Shown: positions 9,343-19,530, counted from the stretch's first letter. The stretch is 64,000 bases of DNA from Desulfobulbaceae bacterium DB1 (GCA_001914235.1 MQUF01000006.1:203234-267233), one strand, 5' to 3'. The notes: generated by a model not told the origin, from the letters alone. Numbers and translations are program-made.

Positions 9343-9357
9343 ACATAATTTTTTCCC

Positions 9358-10128
9358 TTATTCCGACCCGGTTCTCTGTCGCACGATTTCGAACATGACA
9401 ACCCCGGCTGCAACGGAGGCGTTAAGGGAATCGAGATGCCGTTGCATGGGGATTGTGACCTTGAAGTCACACTGTTCGCCGATCAGAGGGCGAATGCCTT
9501 TTTCCTCGCCGCCGATCACCAGGCAGACGGCGCCGGAAAATGTGGTCTGATAAATCGAAGTTCCGCCATCCTTGACCGTTCCGTAAATCCACATCCCCAT
9601 TTCTTTCAGTTTCTGCAGCATACGGGCTACGTTGGTTACCTGGCAGACCGGCAGAGAGGCCGATGCGCCGGCGGATATTTTGGCCACCGTGCCGCTCAAC
9701 TGGGCGGAGCGATCCTTGGGGATGATCAGGCCGGTGACGCCCGCCGCGGAAGCGGAACGGATGATGGCGCCCAGATTGTGCGGGTCCTGGATGGAATCAA
9801 GGACCAGAACAAAGGGCGGAGCGTGCTGTTCCAGCAGGGCAAGGAAGGCGTCCTCGTCCAATGTTGCAAAAGGAGCGACCCTGGCGATGACGCCCTGGTG
9901 ATTCATCTGCTTGTTGCCGGTCATTCCGAAGTCAGCGGAAAAATTGACCTTGATTCCCGCATCACGGGCCAGATCGATGATTTCCCGGAGTTTTTGGCCG
10001 CTTTTCCCTTTCTGGATAATGATCTCATGAATCGAACCGGGTCGGCCGGCAAGCAGTTCATGGACGGGATGGATGCCCCAGACGAGATTGTCGTCGGTTT
10101 GGTCGTTTTTTGGTTTCATATCTTTCAC
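9358..10128 (-). CDS. rlmB: 23S rRNA (guanosine-2'-O)-methyltransferase, SpoU/TrmH family
   Basis: N-terminal LVWGIHPVHELL and SpoU motifs LDSIQDPHNLGAIIRSA, LVIGGEEKGIR and IPM....DSLNASVAAGV. Confidence 0.85.
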   Translation of the reverse strand: MKDMKPKNDQTDDNLVWGIHPVHELLAGRPGSIHEIIIQKGKSGQKLREIIDLARDAGIKVNFSADFGMTGNKQMNHQGVIARVAPFATLDEDAFLALLEQHAPPFVLVLDSIQDPHNLGAIIRSASAAGVTGLIIPKDRSAQLSGTVAKISAGASASLPVCQVTNVARMLQKLKEMGMWIYGTVKDGGTSIYQTTFSGAVCLVIGGEEKGIRPLIGEQCDFKVTIPMQRHLDSLNASVAAGVVMFEIVRQRTGSE

Positions 10129-10736
10129 GTGAGGGGAAGGGAAAGGGGCCGTCCGTCCCTGTCGCGCCTCGTTCTGCTGCGCTCTGCAATGATAATGGCC
10201 CGCAGGGTGTCAACCGCCTGTTCCACCGTATCATTGACGATGATGTAGTCATAAAGAGAAGCATCCCGCATTTCCATTTTGGCGTTTTTCAGGCGCAGGG
10301 CAATGGTTTCCGTTGAATCGGTTCCCCGTCCGGTGAGGCGCCGTTCCTGCTCCTCCCAGGAGGGGGGCACGATGAAAATGGAGCAACAGCCGACACTCCC
10401 GGCTGCCTGCCGGACCTGGCGGGCGCCTTGCACATCAATGTCCAGAAAAACATCGATCCCTTGTGCCAGATGTCCCTCCACCTCTTTTTTGCTGGTGCCG
10501 TAAAAATTGGCGTGCACCTCGGCCCATTCGAGAAATTCATTTTTGGTCCGCATGGCGGCAAAGGTCTGATGATCGACGAAATGGTAATCCACACCGTTTT
10601 TTTCACCGTGACGCGGTGCCCGGGTCGTATGGGAGATGGAAAAGGTCACGCCGTGCAAATCTGCGAAAATTTTTTTGAGGATCGTGGTTTTGCCGGTTCC
10701 CGAGGGGGCGGAAATAATAATGAGATTTCCTTTCAC
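10125..10736 (-). CDS. gmk: Guanylate kinase
   Basis: Motifs [13 protein letters not shown] and [20 protein letters not shown]. The GTG start overlaps the remA stop (GTGA). Confidence 0.95.
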   Translation of the reverse strand: MKGNLIIISAPSGTGKTTILKKIFADLHGVTFSISHTTRAPRHGEKNGVDYHFVDHQTFAAMRTKNEFLEWAEVHANFYGTSKKEVEGHLAQGIDVFLDIDVQGARQVRQAAGSVGCCSIFIVPPSWEEQERRLTGRGTDSTETIALRLKNAKMEMRDASLYDYIIVNDTVEQAVDTLRAIIIAERSRTRRDRDGRPLSLPLT

Positions 10737-11017
10737 GGTGCGTCCTCTTCATCAACCACGGGTGGATCGTTGATGGTGGCCGGGGTGAAACGCTGGGTTA
10801 AGGTCTCCGGCTGCACAGCGGAAAGTATCACATGATTGCTGTCCAGGATGATGATGGAGCGTGTTTTCCTCCCCTCGGTCACATCAATGAGTTTTTTCTG
10901 CTCTTTTGCTTCCTCTTTCAATTTCTTGATGGGGGATGATTTCGGTTTTACCACGGCAAGAATCCGGCTCGCCACCACCGAATTGCCGAAACCGACATTG
11001 ATCATTCTCTGGTCCAT
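10733..11017 (-). CDS. RemA/DUF370 family protein
   Basis: Sequence [29 protein letters not shown]...[28 protein letters not shown]. Confidence 0.85.
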   Translation of the reverse strand: MDQRMINVGFGNSVVASRILAVVKPKSSPIKKLKEEAKEQKKLIDVTEGRKTRSIIILDSNHVILSAVQPETLTQRFTPATINDPPVVDEEDAP

Positions 11018-11031
11018 TTCAACCTGTTCTC

Positions 11032-11919
11032 CTATTCCAGATTCTGTACCTGCTCGCGCATTTTTTCCACTTCATTTTTCAGCTCAACCGCTTGATGAGC
11101 GATGGTCGCATCGGAGATCTTCGATGCCATTGTGTTGATCTCCCGTAAAAATTCCTGCAGGAGGAAGTCCAGGCGGCGCCCGACGGGTTCCTGTTTTTCG
11201 AGAAAACGGCGGAATTGGTCGATGTGGCTGTTCAGCCGGACCAGCTCTTCGGTGACATCCGCCTTGTCGGCGATGAGAGCGATTTCCTGAGCAAGGCGGT
11301 TCGGATCGAGATCAACCTCGGATGCAAGTTTTGCCACTCGATCACGCAAGGTTTCCATTCTCTGGACGGTAAGCTCCGGAATCCTTTCCGCTATCTGTTT
11401 CCCGACCTCGGTCAGCAGATCGAGACGCTGAAGCAGATCCAATTTTACGCTCAATCCTTCACGTTGTCGCATTTCGCCGGTGAATTCAAGGGCTTCCAGT
11501 AGAGCCTGGCGGAGAACGGACCACGCATCATCAAGGTTCTGTTCCTGCTCGTCGGAAATAATGACGTTCGGGTAGGCGGCGATCAGGTCAAGTTCATTGG
11601 GGGAAGAAGGCAGCATCAGTTCCTGCTTGATTTCCTTCAACCGATCACGGTATTGACGGGCCAGGGGGAGATTGACGGTGAGGGTTTTGCTGTCAACGAT
11701 GGAAGGGGCAGGGGTGATCACCACTTCGATGTGCCCCCTGCTGTAAAAGAGGCAGATTTCTTTTTTGACCTTTTCCTCAAGACCGGCAAACTGCCTGGGT
11801 ATTTTGATGCGGATGTCGGAAAAACGATGGTTGACCGAACGGATTTCCACCGTCCAGCCGCAGGTCGGGGTCAGCTGTTCGCCTCGGCCGAAAGCCGTCA
11901 TGCTGGCAGGGTATTTCAT
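11032..11919 (-). CDS. yicC: YicC/YloC family protein
   Basis: Motifs [18 protein letters not shown] and C-terminal [12 protein letters not shown]...[18 protein letters not shown]. Confidence 0.85.
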   Translation of the reverse strand: MKYPASMTAFGRGEQLTPTCGWTVEIRSVNHRFSDIRIKIPRQFAGLEEKVKKEICLFYSRGHIEVVITPAPSIVDSKTLTVNLPLARQYRDRLKEIKQELMLPSSPNELDLIAAYPNVIISDEQEQNLDDAWSVLRQALLEALEFTGEMRQREGLSVKLDLLQRLDLLTEVGKQIAERIPELTVQRMETLRDRVAKLASEVDLDPNRLAQEIALIADKADVTEELVRLNSHIDQFRRFLEKQEPVGRRLDFLLQEFLREINTMASKISDATIAHQAVELKNEVEKMREQVQNLE

Positions 11920-12902
11920 GAAATAAGCTCCATAAGTTCTTGTGCCGTTGTCGTGGCCGTGCCCACCTTGCCCACCACGATGCCCGCTGCAAAGTTGGCA
12001 AGAGTGGCGGCCTCGGCGAAACTGAGCCCACAGGCAAGACCCAGGGCAAGGCTGGCGATAACCGTATCGCCGGCCCCGGTGACATCATATATTTCTTTGG
12101 CCACCGTGGGAATAGTGAAAATGGTCTTTCCCTTTTCAAGCAACGCCATTCCCGCCTCGCCCCGGGTAATGAGAACAGCGGTACAGTTGAGTCGTTCCCG
12201 CAGGGCGGATGCGGCGCGCAGCAGCGAATCACCGTCCGTGATGGCAACGCCTGACATCTTTTCCGCCTCATGGTTGTTCGGGGTGATGATGGTGGCGTTG
12301 TGAAAGAGTTCGGCATGGGCGGGTTTCGGGTCGACAATCATGGGGATCTGCCGGCGACCGAGAAGATCCCGCAGATGGTCCATCAGGCGGGCGCAGATGA
12401 CGCCTTTGCTGTAGTCGGAGATGATCACCGCGTCAAAAGAGGAAATATGATCGTCAAGAAAGGAAAGCAGGGAATCGATGGTTTCGTCGGGAAGGGGACC
12501 TGATTTTTCCCGGTCGAAACGAACCACCTGCTGGCTTTGCGCAACGATCCTGGTTTTTTTTGTGGTGGGCCGATCCGCGCATCTGATGACGCCGTTTGTC
12601 GGGGAATCCAACTCTTCCAGCAAAGAAAGGAGATGGTCGCCCATGAAGTCACTGCCGATCACGCCGCACAAAACCGCTTTACCGCCCAGATCATAGAGAT
12701 TGTGCAGGACGTTTGCCGCGCCGCCCAGCAGCAGGCTTTCGTCCGTGACGTTGACGACCGGAACCGGGGCTTCGGGAGATATGCGGGTGACTGTTCCCCA
12801 GATGAAGTGGTCAACGATAATATCACCGATGACCAGCACCCTGGCGGAAGAAAATTTTTTGACGGCATCATGCAGGTTCTGCCTGTTGACATTTTCCAGC
12901 AC
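11916..12902 (-). CDS. hldA: D-glycero-beta-D-manno-heptose-7-phosphate kinase (RfaE domain I only)
   Basis: Motifs VLVIGDIIVDHFIWGTVTRISPEAPVPVV, GGAANV and TGAGDTVIA. GTG start with an AGGAG SD. 328 aa, with no adenylyltransferase domain. Confidence 0.8.
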   Translation of the reverse strand: MLENVNRQNLHDAVKKFSSARVLVIGDIIVDHFIWGTVTRISPEAPVPVVNVTDESLLLGGAANVLHNLYDLGGKAVLCGVIGSDFMGDHLLSLLEELDSPTNGVIRCADRPTTKKTRIVAQSQQVVRFDREKSGPLPDETIDSLLSFLDDHISSFDAVIISDYSKGVICARLMDHLRDLLGRRQIPMIVDPKPAHAELFHNATIITPNNHEAEKMSGVAITDGDSLLRAASALRERLNCTAVLITRGEAGMALLEKGKTIFTIPTVAKEIYDVTGAGDTVIASLALGLACGLSFAEAATLANFAAGIVVGKVGTATTTAQELMELIS

Positions 12903-13009
12903 TGGTTACTCCTGTTTTATAGGGACGTGTCGTATAATTTCAGAACTCCTGATGTCGTAACGTGATTTCGATAAGTTTGTCACAATTTCGGATTCTGGCT
13001 TGTTACCGG

Positions 13010-13125
13010 TTTTAGTGCCTAAAATACTTCAAGTGCGTAACGTGCCGAAAATTAAAGGTGTTATCTGAGCAGAAAATACCGCCACTTCAAGTATTTTAGG
13101 CATTTTAAGTACTTTAGGCACTTTT
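13010..13125. repeat. MITE-like inverted repeat pair plus an extra half copy
   Basis: TTTTAGTGCCTAAAATACTTCAAGT (13010-13034) is inverted against CACTTCAAGTATTTTAGGCA (13083-13102). A related TTTTAAGTACTTTAGGCACTTTT follows (13103-13125). Confidence 0.6.
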
Positions 13126-13280
13126 CTCGAACCGCGATTCCGGTATTAAAGTAAAATTTGCCGGGATCAGGTTGTTTGAATTTTAAAAAAAGCTCTTTAA
13201 CCTGATTTTCAGATTTTGCCATCGTTTTAAACAAAAAATTGTTTCTCCAGGGCACGTTGTCCGCCGGCAGCGCCGGGCTG

Positions 13281-14822
13281 TCAGCGGGTATTCGGCCTTA
13301 CGAGATGTTTTCCGTCATCCTGAAGAATCAGTTCGGAAAATTTTATCGCCAATCGTTGCAGCTCGGGGATCGAAAGGTTGTCAATCCCTTCCATGCGGAC
13401 GGTTGTGGTGCGGCCGCGATTGTCTAGCGGCATCCATCTGGAGAAAAAACGGTCATTAACAGCCCCGGCAAAGCAGATGACCGATCTGGTTTGCCGGGCG
13501 GTGGCGAGGTGCTGGCAGCAGGAATCATAGCCGAAAAAAACATCGGCCTGATCGATAAGCGCCGAAAGCATGCCGATGCCGCCCTGCACGCAGACAAGGC
13601 CCTGTTTGAAATACGGTTTTTCTTGGTTGAAATCTTTTTCCGATATGTGCGCGGTCGCAAATCCCCTGCCGCTTATTTTGTCGACAAGTTTTATCGCCCT
13701 TTTTCTTTCATCCGGGTGACAACCGCTGTCAAGCACGACCATGGCCCCGGCATGCTGAAGCAGGCTGGACAGCAGTTCTTCCTCGAAAGGGTCGGGCAGT
13801 CGTTTGCGAGGATCATTGCCTACCCCGAGATTGACGGCGATTTTTTTGCTTTCTTTCGGAAAGCGGGTGAAAAAGTTGCGCACGGTCTGCTGGTGCACGG
13901 GGCGAATGGAGATGCAGGGCGCGATATCTTTTTTTTCATCCAGCAGACGGTTCAGCCAGACATTGGTCAGACTGCTGAGGCGGTGTGAGCTGTGCTGCTC
14001 CATTTCCCGTGAAGGAAAATAGCAGTAAGACCGGTCATCGATCAAGGGAAACAGGCCGAGTTGACTGAGTCGGCTGTCGGGATCGAAAAGAAGGGTGTTT
14101 TCCACCGAAGCTGCCTGCCATTCCTGTTCAAGCAAACGGTAAAGCGAGGTGAAGTAGGTCATTCGGCCGACAAGACCGCCTTCACGGTGATAATGCACCT
14201 TGGTCCAATGGACGCGGGGAAGTTCGGAAAAAATCTCGGCAAGATGCTGAGGGCCGAAAACAATCAGTTCAGCCTGGGGAAAAGTAACGAGAAGCCGATG
14301 AACAATGATGGAGGTCATGGCAACATCGGCGCCCACGGTGACCCGGGACAGCACAAGGATCTTGCGGATGTTGCGGCGCATGGAGCCGGAGAGCGCGCGT
14401 TCTTTTTTGATCCGGCGATAACGGGAGAATAACTGGTGCTCGTCGTGAAAGTGCAGATCGCCGAGCAGTTTGTCGAGAGCCCCGCCTTCAGTCCGGGTGC
14501 GGAGAAATGCCGTCATTCGCAGCAGGACCCGGCTGCAGATGTCGACACCGTCAGCGCTGAAATCATCGCACAACGGTTCGATAATATTTTTATAAAGGGC
14601 GACAACGGCAGCTTTTCGTGTCTGTTCGTTGTCCCTGGAAAGAGCCATGCGGCAAAGATGATCAACAACATCAAGATCCGGCGGCAGCTTGTTTGCGACC
14701 TGCGCCATGAACGATCGGCTCAAGTGATCGGCAATTGATTCAGGAGCGGAATGTTGCCTGACGGAAGTGTTTGCCGGTTGCGCCATGATGAGTTTATGTC
14801 CCTTTTTTGGGCCTGAAAACAT
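13281..14822 (-). CDS. Glycosyltransferase family 9 (heptosyltransferase)-like protein with a ~150-aa N-terminal extension
   Basis: The core ILVLSRVTVGADVAMTSI...IAVNLGVG....KR.P...GIGMLSALIDQADVFFGYDSCCQHLA resembles the GT9 fold. It lies next to the heptose kinase gene. Confidence 0.55.
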   Translation of the reverse strand: MFSGPKKGHKLIMAQPANTSVRQHSAPESIADHLSRSFMAQVANKLPPDLDVVDHLCRMALSRDNEQTRKAAVVALYKNIIEPLCDDFSADGVDICSRVLLRMTAFLRTRTEGGALDKLLGDLHFHDEHQLFSRYRRIKKERALSGSMRRNIRKILVLSRVTVGADVAMTSIIVHRLLVTFPQAELIVFGPQHLAEIFSELPRVHWTKVHYHREGGLVGRMTYFTSLYRLLEQEWQAASVENTLLFDPDSRLSQLGLFPLIDDRSYCYFPSREMEQHSSHRLSSLTNVWLNRLLDEKKDIAPCISIRPVHQQTVRNFFTRFPKESKKIAVNLGVGNDPRKRLPDPFEEELLSSLLQHAGAMVVLDSGCHPDERKRAIKLVDKISGRGFATAHISEKDFNQEKPYFKQGLVCVQGGIGMLSALIDQADVFFGYDSCCQHLATARQTRSVICFAGAVNDRFFSRWMPLDNRGRTTTVRMEGIDNLSIPELQRLAIKFSELILQDDGKHLVRPNTR

Positions 14823-14887
14823 GTGAAAAGAAAAAAAATTCTGAATCTGCTACTATAGACGGCAAGAGGCCAGCAGGCAAACAAATT

Positions 14888-15349
14888 TTAATGTTGCCGG
14901 CATGCGTAAAGGAGGGTGGGGCGGGTGAAATGACGGAGGGATCCGGGGAAAAAGAAAAGGGGGATAGCGATCAGCAGGTTGCGCAGGATAAGCAGGTAAA
15001 CCGGGCTTGTATTGCCGGTTCCGAAACAGCCGCAGTCGATGGGCAATTGCAGGTAGCCGCCGGAAACAAAAAGAAGAAGCAGGGTGAAGGCGAGATAAAG
15101 ACCGGCGATCATCCTGGCGAAAATTCCTGCCTTGATACCGATGAGGGCCAGAACGCCGAGAAGGATTTCCAGGGGAGGGTACCAGCGGGCAAGAAACAGT
15201 ATCTGATCAAGGGTGAGAATGTGCCGTTCCAGAAGGGATTCAAGCACATCTCCGACACCGGCGTCCCGTATCTTGACAAGTCCTGCCCAGACAAGAAGAG
15301 CCGACGCCAGATAGTAGTCAGTCACCACCAGGAAGCGGATCACCTTCAT
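14888..15349 (-). CDS. MauE/DoxX-type redox-associated membrane protein
   Basis: Four hydrophobic segments and the CGCFG motif (IDCGCFGTG). The start overlaps the upstream MCP stop (ATGA). Confidence 0.7.
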   Translation of the reverse strand: MKVIRFLVVTDYYLASALLVWAGLVKIRDAGVGDVLESLLERHILTLDQILFLARWYPPLEILLGVLALIGIKAGIFARMIAGLYLAFTLLLLFVSGGYLQLPIDCGCFGTGNTSPVYLLILRNLLIAIPLFFFPGSLRHFTRPTLLYACRQH

Positions 15350-16785
15350 GACGGGTCGACAGGAGAATCGCCTTTGCCGGTTCCTTCCCAGAACTGCATC
15401 AATTTGTACATCATCTGATGCAATCTCTCCACCTGTTCCTTCACGTCCTGAACAGTAGCCGAGGCTTCTTCCGACATGGCAGCCTGGGATTGTACCATGC
15501 CGTCAATGCTGTTGACCGATTCGCGGATTTTTCCTTCGGTTTCCGACTGTCGTTTGCCGGTCTCCATGATTTTTTCCATCTGGCGGACAACCGAATCCGA
15601 GGCCGTGTTGACTTCGGCAAAGGTTGTTTTCAGGTTGTTCACCATATCGACGCCGGCGGTTACTTTTGTGTCGAGTCGTTTGATAATGGCGGCAACCATG
15701 CTTGATGTTTCCGCCGTCCGGGTGGCAAGGTTTCTCACTTCAGTGGCGACAACGGCAAATCCCGCCCCTGCTTCACCGGCGCGCGCCGCCTCGACCGCGG
15801 CATTTAAAGCCAGAAGATTTGTTTGAAAAGCAATATCTTCTATGACTTTGACCAGGGAAGAAATTTCCTTGTCCGCTTCCACCATCTCCTTCATGGCACC
15901 GACCACATCATTGATGGAACTGTTGGAATGAGTTGCCGTGCGATAGAGGTCGTTTGCCGCGTTTTCAGCGGTACGGGCGGCTTGCAGATTCTCTTCGGCC
16001 TGTGCCGTCATCTGCTCCATGGTCGATGCGATGCTGTCCAGGGAGGCCGAGGATGAGCTGGTCTCGGTTGCCAATTGAACGGACATGGCGTTGATGTTGT
16101 CAATGGCGTCGAGCAGCCCATGGGTTGCGTTGGTTGATTCCTGGCCCATCCAGTCGAGCTGGCGGGAAATGAGGGAAATCATGTAAAAGATGATTGCGCC
16201 GATCACGACCAGCAGTCCAATGGAGACAAGCAGCATTTTGTTGAGTTGCCTGCTGACGTCAAGGACATGGGCCATGGCCTCGTTATGACTGGCGGAGCTG
16301 TTTGCGACGATTTCGGCAAGGGACTGGAGGAGACTTTTGTTTTCTTTGTCGAAGGCGGCGGTCCATGTCGATTCTTCCCCGTATTGCTGATTAACGCTGG
16401 CGGAAACCATTTTCAGCCCTGCCTGATACGATGCCTGATAGGTTTTTTGCAGAGCGCCAATCTGCTTTGTTGCCTCGGGTACGGATTGGTTCAGTTGAGC
16501 GAGTGCTGCAAACTGATCAAGAATCTGTTTGTTGATGGTTTCCATGCCGGCAAGTTCGCTTTCCGTTCCCGCTGCCCGCGACACATTGAATTTTTCTATG
16601 ATATTGGTGACGCGGCCTTTTAATTCAATGGCGATTTTGGTTTCCGGATACACCTGCCCGCTCACCTTGCGAACTTCGAGGGTAAATTGTTTCGTCGCCA
16701 TCAGGGCGTAGGAAATAATAGCGCCGGAAAGGAGAAAGAGGAGAAGAAAAAAGAAATACAGTCTTCTTTTGCCGCCGAATTTCAT
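15346..16785 (-). CDS. Methyl-accepting chemotaxis protein
   Basis: Two TM segments flank a ~170-aa periplasmic region. The conserved signalling hairpin is [37 protein letters not shown]. Confidence 0.9.
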   Translation of the reverse strand: MKFGGKRRLYFFFLLLFLLSGAIISYALMATKQFTLEVRKVSGQVYPETKIAIELKGRVTNIIEKFNVSRAAGTESELAGMETINKQILDQFAALAQLNQSVPEATKQIGALQKTYQASYQAGLKMVSASVNQQYGEESTWTAAFDKENKSLLQSLAEIVANSSASHNEAMAHVLDVSRQLNKMLLVSIGLLVVIGAIIFYMISLISRQLDWMGQESTNATHGLLDAIDNINAMSVQLATETSSSSASLDSIASTMEQMTAQAEENLQAARTAENAANDLYRTATHSNSSINDVVGAMKEMVEADKEISSLVKVIEDIAFQTNLLALNAAVEAARAGEAGAGFAVVATEVRNLATRTAETSSMVAAIIKRLDTKVTAGVDMVNNLKTTFAEVNTASDSVVRQMEKIMETGKRQSETEGKIRESVNSIDGMVQSQAAMSEEASATVQDVKEQVERLHQMMYKLMQFWEGTGKGDSPVDPS

Positions 16786-16904
16786 AAAAAATCTCTCGAA
16801 AAAGTCTGAACTGTTGGAAATAAAACAGCATCACAAAAACAGGAAAAGGAGATGACGTCTGGCCGCATCTCCTTTTTTCGCCAAAATCACAAACGTAAAA
16901 GCAT

Positions 16905-17627
16905 CTATTCAACCGGCAGTCCGGCCCGTTTCCATGCCAGTACGCCGCCATCCATGACGGCAAGATCAGTGTAACCGTTCATGTGCAGGAATTTGCCGCA
17001 GACGCCGACTTGTTTTCCGGCATGGTCAATGATAACTATTTTTTTGTCTTTGGGCAGGGTTGTGTATTTCTCATCCAGGTCATCAAGGGGGATATTGACG
17101 GCGCCTTTGATTTTGCCCACCTCAATAACCTCTTCACCGCGGATGTCGAGCATGACGATACCGCCGGCCTGGGCCTGAACATCGGCAGGGTTCAAGCGGG
17201 GAAGGTCGACATTGGGATATTTGACTTTGTTTTCAATGGGATACCCTTTTTTTGCCCAGGCGGGAAGCCCTTCGTTGTAGACCATGACATTGGTGTATCC
17301 CAGGGCAGTTGCCGCGTCCGCCGCTTTCTTGCTTTTGGTGCATTTGGGGCCCTTGCAGTAGAAAATGAGCAGTGATGCCTTGTCAGCCGGGAGCAATGGG
17401 TTGCCGGCAACCTTGCTGCTGGGGATATTGATGGAGCCGGCAATTGCCATTTCGTTATGTTCGATGGAGCTCAACGCATCAATTAAGGTGAGAGGTTCTC
17501 CTGCATCAATTTTCTTTTTCAGGTCGTCGGTGGTTATCAGAGAATCCGCCGCAAGGACCGTTGACTGAATGAAAAAAAGACAAAGCGTCAATAATGACAG
17601 AATACGGCAAAGACCAACTTTTTTCAT
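16905..17627 (-). CDS. Secreted tandem-rhodanese protein (CxGPxC active-site loop)
   Basis: ATG 17627 has an AGGAGG SD. Signal peptide MKKVGLCRILSLLTLCLFFIQSTVLAADS. Rhodanese domain 1 contains LIFYCKGPKCTKS; domain 2 follows. Confidence 0.85.
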   Translation of the reverse strand: MKKVGLCRILSLLTLCLFFIQSTVLAADSLITTDDLKKKIDAGEPLTLIDALSSIEHNEMAIAGSINIPSSKVAGNPLLPADKASLLIFYCKGPKCTKSKKAADAATALGYTNVMVYNEGLPAWAKKGYPIENKVKYPNVDLPRLNPADVQAQAGGIVMLDIRGEEVIEVGKIKGAVNIPLDDLDEKYTTLPKDKKIVIIDHAGKQVGVCGKFLHMNGYTDLAVMDGGVLAWKRAGLPVE

Positions 17628-17990
17628 GAAATCATCCTCCTGGTTTAATTTTTTTGATCCGCGCACAACACGCACTGTTCTTTTTTTGATGGAAAAAATC
17701 AGTGCCGCAAGTTGATTCCGTTGCAAGCTTATGCCATTATAAGGGGGAAAAAAAAATAAAATCAAAGGAAAAATTCAGGATAGAGGCAAGAGGAACATTT
17801 TGGCAATGCAAACATTTTCTCCATGACTTTTTCGATTTTGTTCGGCGTCGATTGCTCTCGTCAATTTCGGTTTGAGTTAAATTTTTGACTGTGATACCAT
17901 TTAAAAAATATTTTTTCGTAATATTAGCCGGATGCACAATGTGGTATTTGCCTTCCGGTTGAAAATCACAAATCCATTCGGAGGTTGTCT

Positions 17991-19307
17991 ATGCAGAAAA
18001 CGTTTTTGCGGAAATTTGTGCCGGTGATGATTTTTTTCTCATTGCTGGTTGGCTGTGCAACAACGGGCAGCGAAAAACAAGGCGGCAAGGCCGCTCAGGT
18101 CACCAGCGCCCAGACCGAGCAGAATGTCTATAAAGGCGAGGTGACGGGAAAGTCCAATAAGGCGAAAACAATATCCATCAAGGTCGGCAAGGATGCGGAA
18201 GCCAAAACCATGATGGTCAAGTTTAACGACCAGACCACGGGTCTTGAATTCGCCGAACAAGGTCAGGCCGCCATTGTCGCGTATAAGGTTGTCGGGAAGG
18301 ATAAGATAGCGACGGTCATCAAACCGAAACTGGCCCAACTGCCCAAGGGAACCTCCGAGGTCAAGACCGACTATGTTGCCGCCCTTATTGCCAAAGGCGG
18401 GAATTATCAGCTGATCGACTCTCGTCCGGCCGGTCGTTTTCACGCCGGCAGTTTGCCTTCCGCGGTCAGTATTCCTGTTGACAAGATCAAGAAGGAGGGT
18501 GCCTCCCTTCTGCCCAAAGATAAAAATACCGAGCTGATTTTCTTCTGCGGAGGCCCCACGTGAGGCATGAGCACCGAGTCCGCCGGTCTGGCGGCTGAAG
18601 CAGGGTACAAAAATGTAAAGGTATTTCTTGACGGCGCACCGGGATGGCAGAAGGCCGGTCATCATGTGGTTGCCAGCAATAATTTTGTCGAGAAAGGCAA
18701 TATCGTGCTGGTTGATCTGCGCGATGCGGCTGATTACAAAAAAGGTCATATTCCCCGCGCCTATAATGTCCCCTTTGCCGATCTTGAAGGTGCGGAGGAT
18801 GATTTCCCGGAAAACAAAACGGCCCCCCTTGTTTTTTACGGCAACAACGCGGTGAAGGCCTTTAAAACGGCAAAGAAGTGGGGATATAAAGGCTCGGCGG
18901 TGTATGAAGGAGGAACCAAGGCATGGACCGCGGCCGGCAAATCCCTGGATACATCCGCCTCTCCCAAAGAGATCACCTGGGTGAGAATTCTTGGGCCGGG
19001 TGAAATCGGGATTGCCGATTTTGTGAAAGTCGCGGGAAAACAACCTGCGGACAAGATTATCCTTGATGTGCGGACAAATGACGAGATCAAGGAAGGCATG
19101 TTTGCAAACGCCGTTCACATCCCCCTTGATGAGCTGGGCGCCAAAATGAACACCCTGCCCAAGAACAAGGAGATACTCATCCACTGCTCCACCGGGGCCC
19201 GGGCGGAAATGGCCTTTCAGGAGTTGAAAAAGGCAGGTTTCAAGACCCGGTATGTCATGGGAAATGTGGAATGCGATCCGGATGACGGGTGTGAAATTTC
19301 GGAATAA
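17991..19307 (+). CDS. Lipoprotein with three rhodanese-like domains, read through an in-frame UGA (probable selenocysteine at 18561-18563)
   Basis: Track ORFs 17985..18563 and 18567..19307 share one frame, separated only by TGA+GGC. The break splits a rhodanese domain (LIFFCGGPT-UGA-GMSTESAGLAAEAGYKNVKVFLDGAPGWQKAG). The paralog at 16905..17627 has Cys at the aligned position. Lipobox LLVGC. The third domain has HCSTGARA. Confidence 0.65.
18577..18596 (+). promoter_or_regulatory. Candidate bacterial SECIS hairpin
   Basis: AG(U)CCGCC-GGUCU-GGCGGCU starts 14 nt after the UGA. The 5' bulged U and GGUC-type apical loop resemble the upper part of the E. coli fdhF SECIS. Confidence 0.5.
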
Positions 19308-19343
19308 TTGACACGGAAGTTTCAACTTGTATTGATAAAAAAA

Positions 19344-19370
19344 GGCGATGCTGCCGCATCGCCTTTTTTT
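19344..19370 (+). terminator. Rho-independent terminator (A-run/T-run flanked, possibly bidirectional)
   Basis: GGCGATGC(19344-19351) pairs with GCATCGCC(19356-19363) across a TGCC loop, followed by T7. Confidence 0.75.
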
Positions 19371-19530
19371 ATGCGTCCTGTTCGGGTGTTTTTAATCGGA
19401 ACAGAGGAATGCGCTGCCGTGGTAAAAAAAACTTTCTTTCTGCGTTTCTCACCTCTATAATTTGTTTGCGGTATCAGCCGGTTGCCTGATGTGCTTTTCA
19501 ACCAAATTTAAAAAGGGAGAAAGTGGCGCG

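Noticed and set aside
13061-13255. The 64-aa minus-strand ORF (…CLKYLKCLKYLKWRYF…).
   Set aside because: Its repetitive peptide is the translation of the AAGTACTT/AGGCA repeat element. It has no SD and is AT-rich intergenic sequence.
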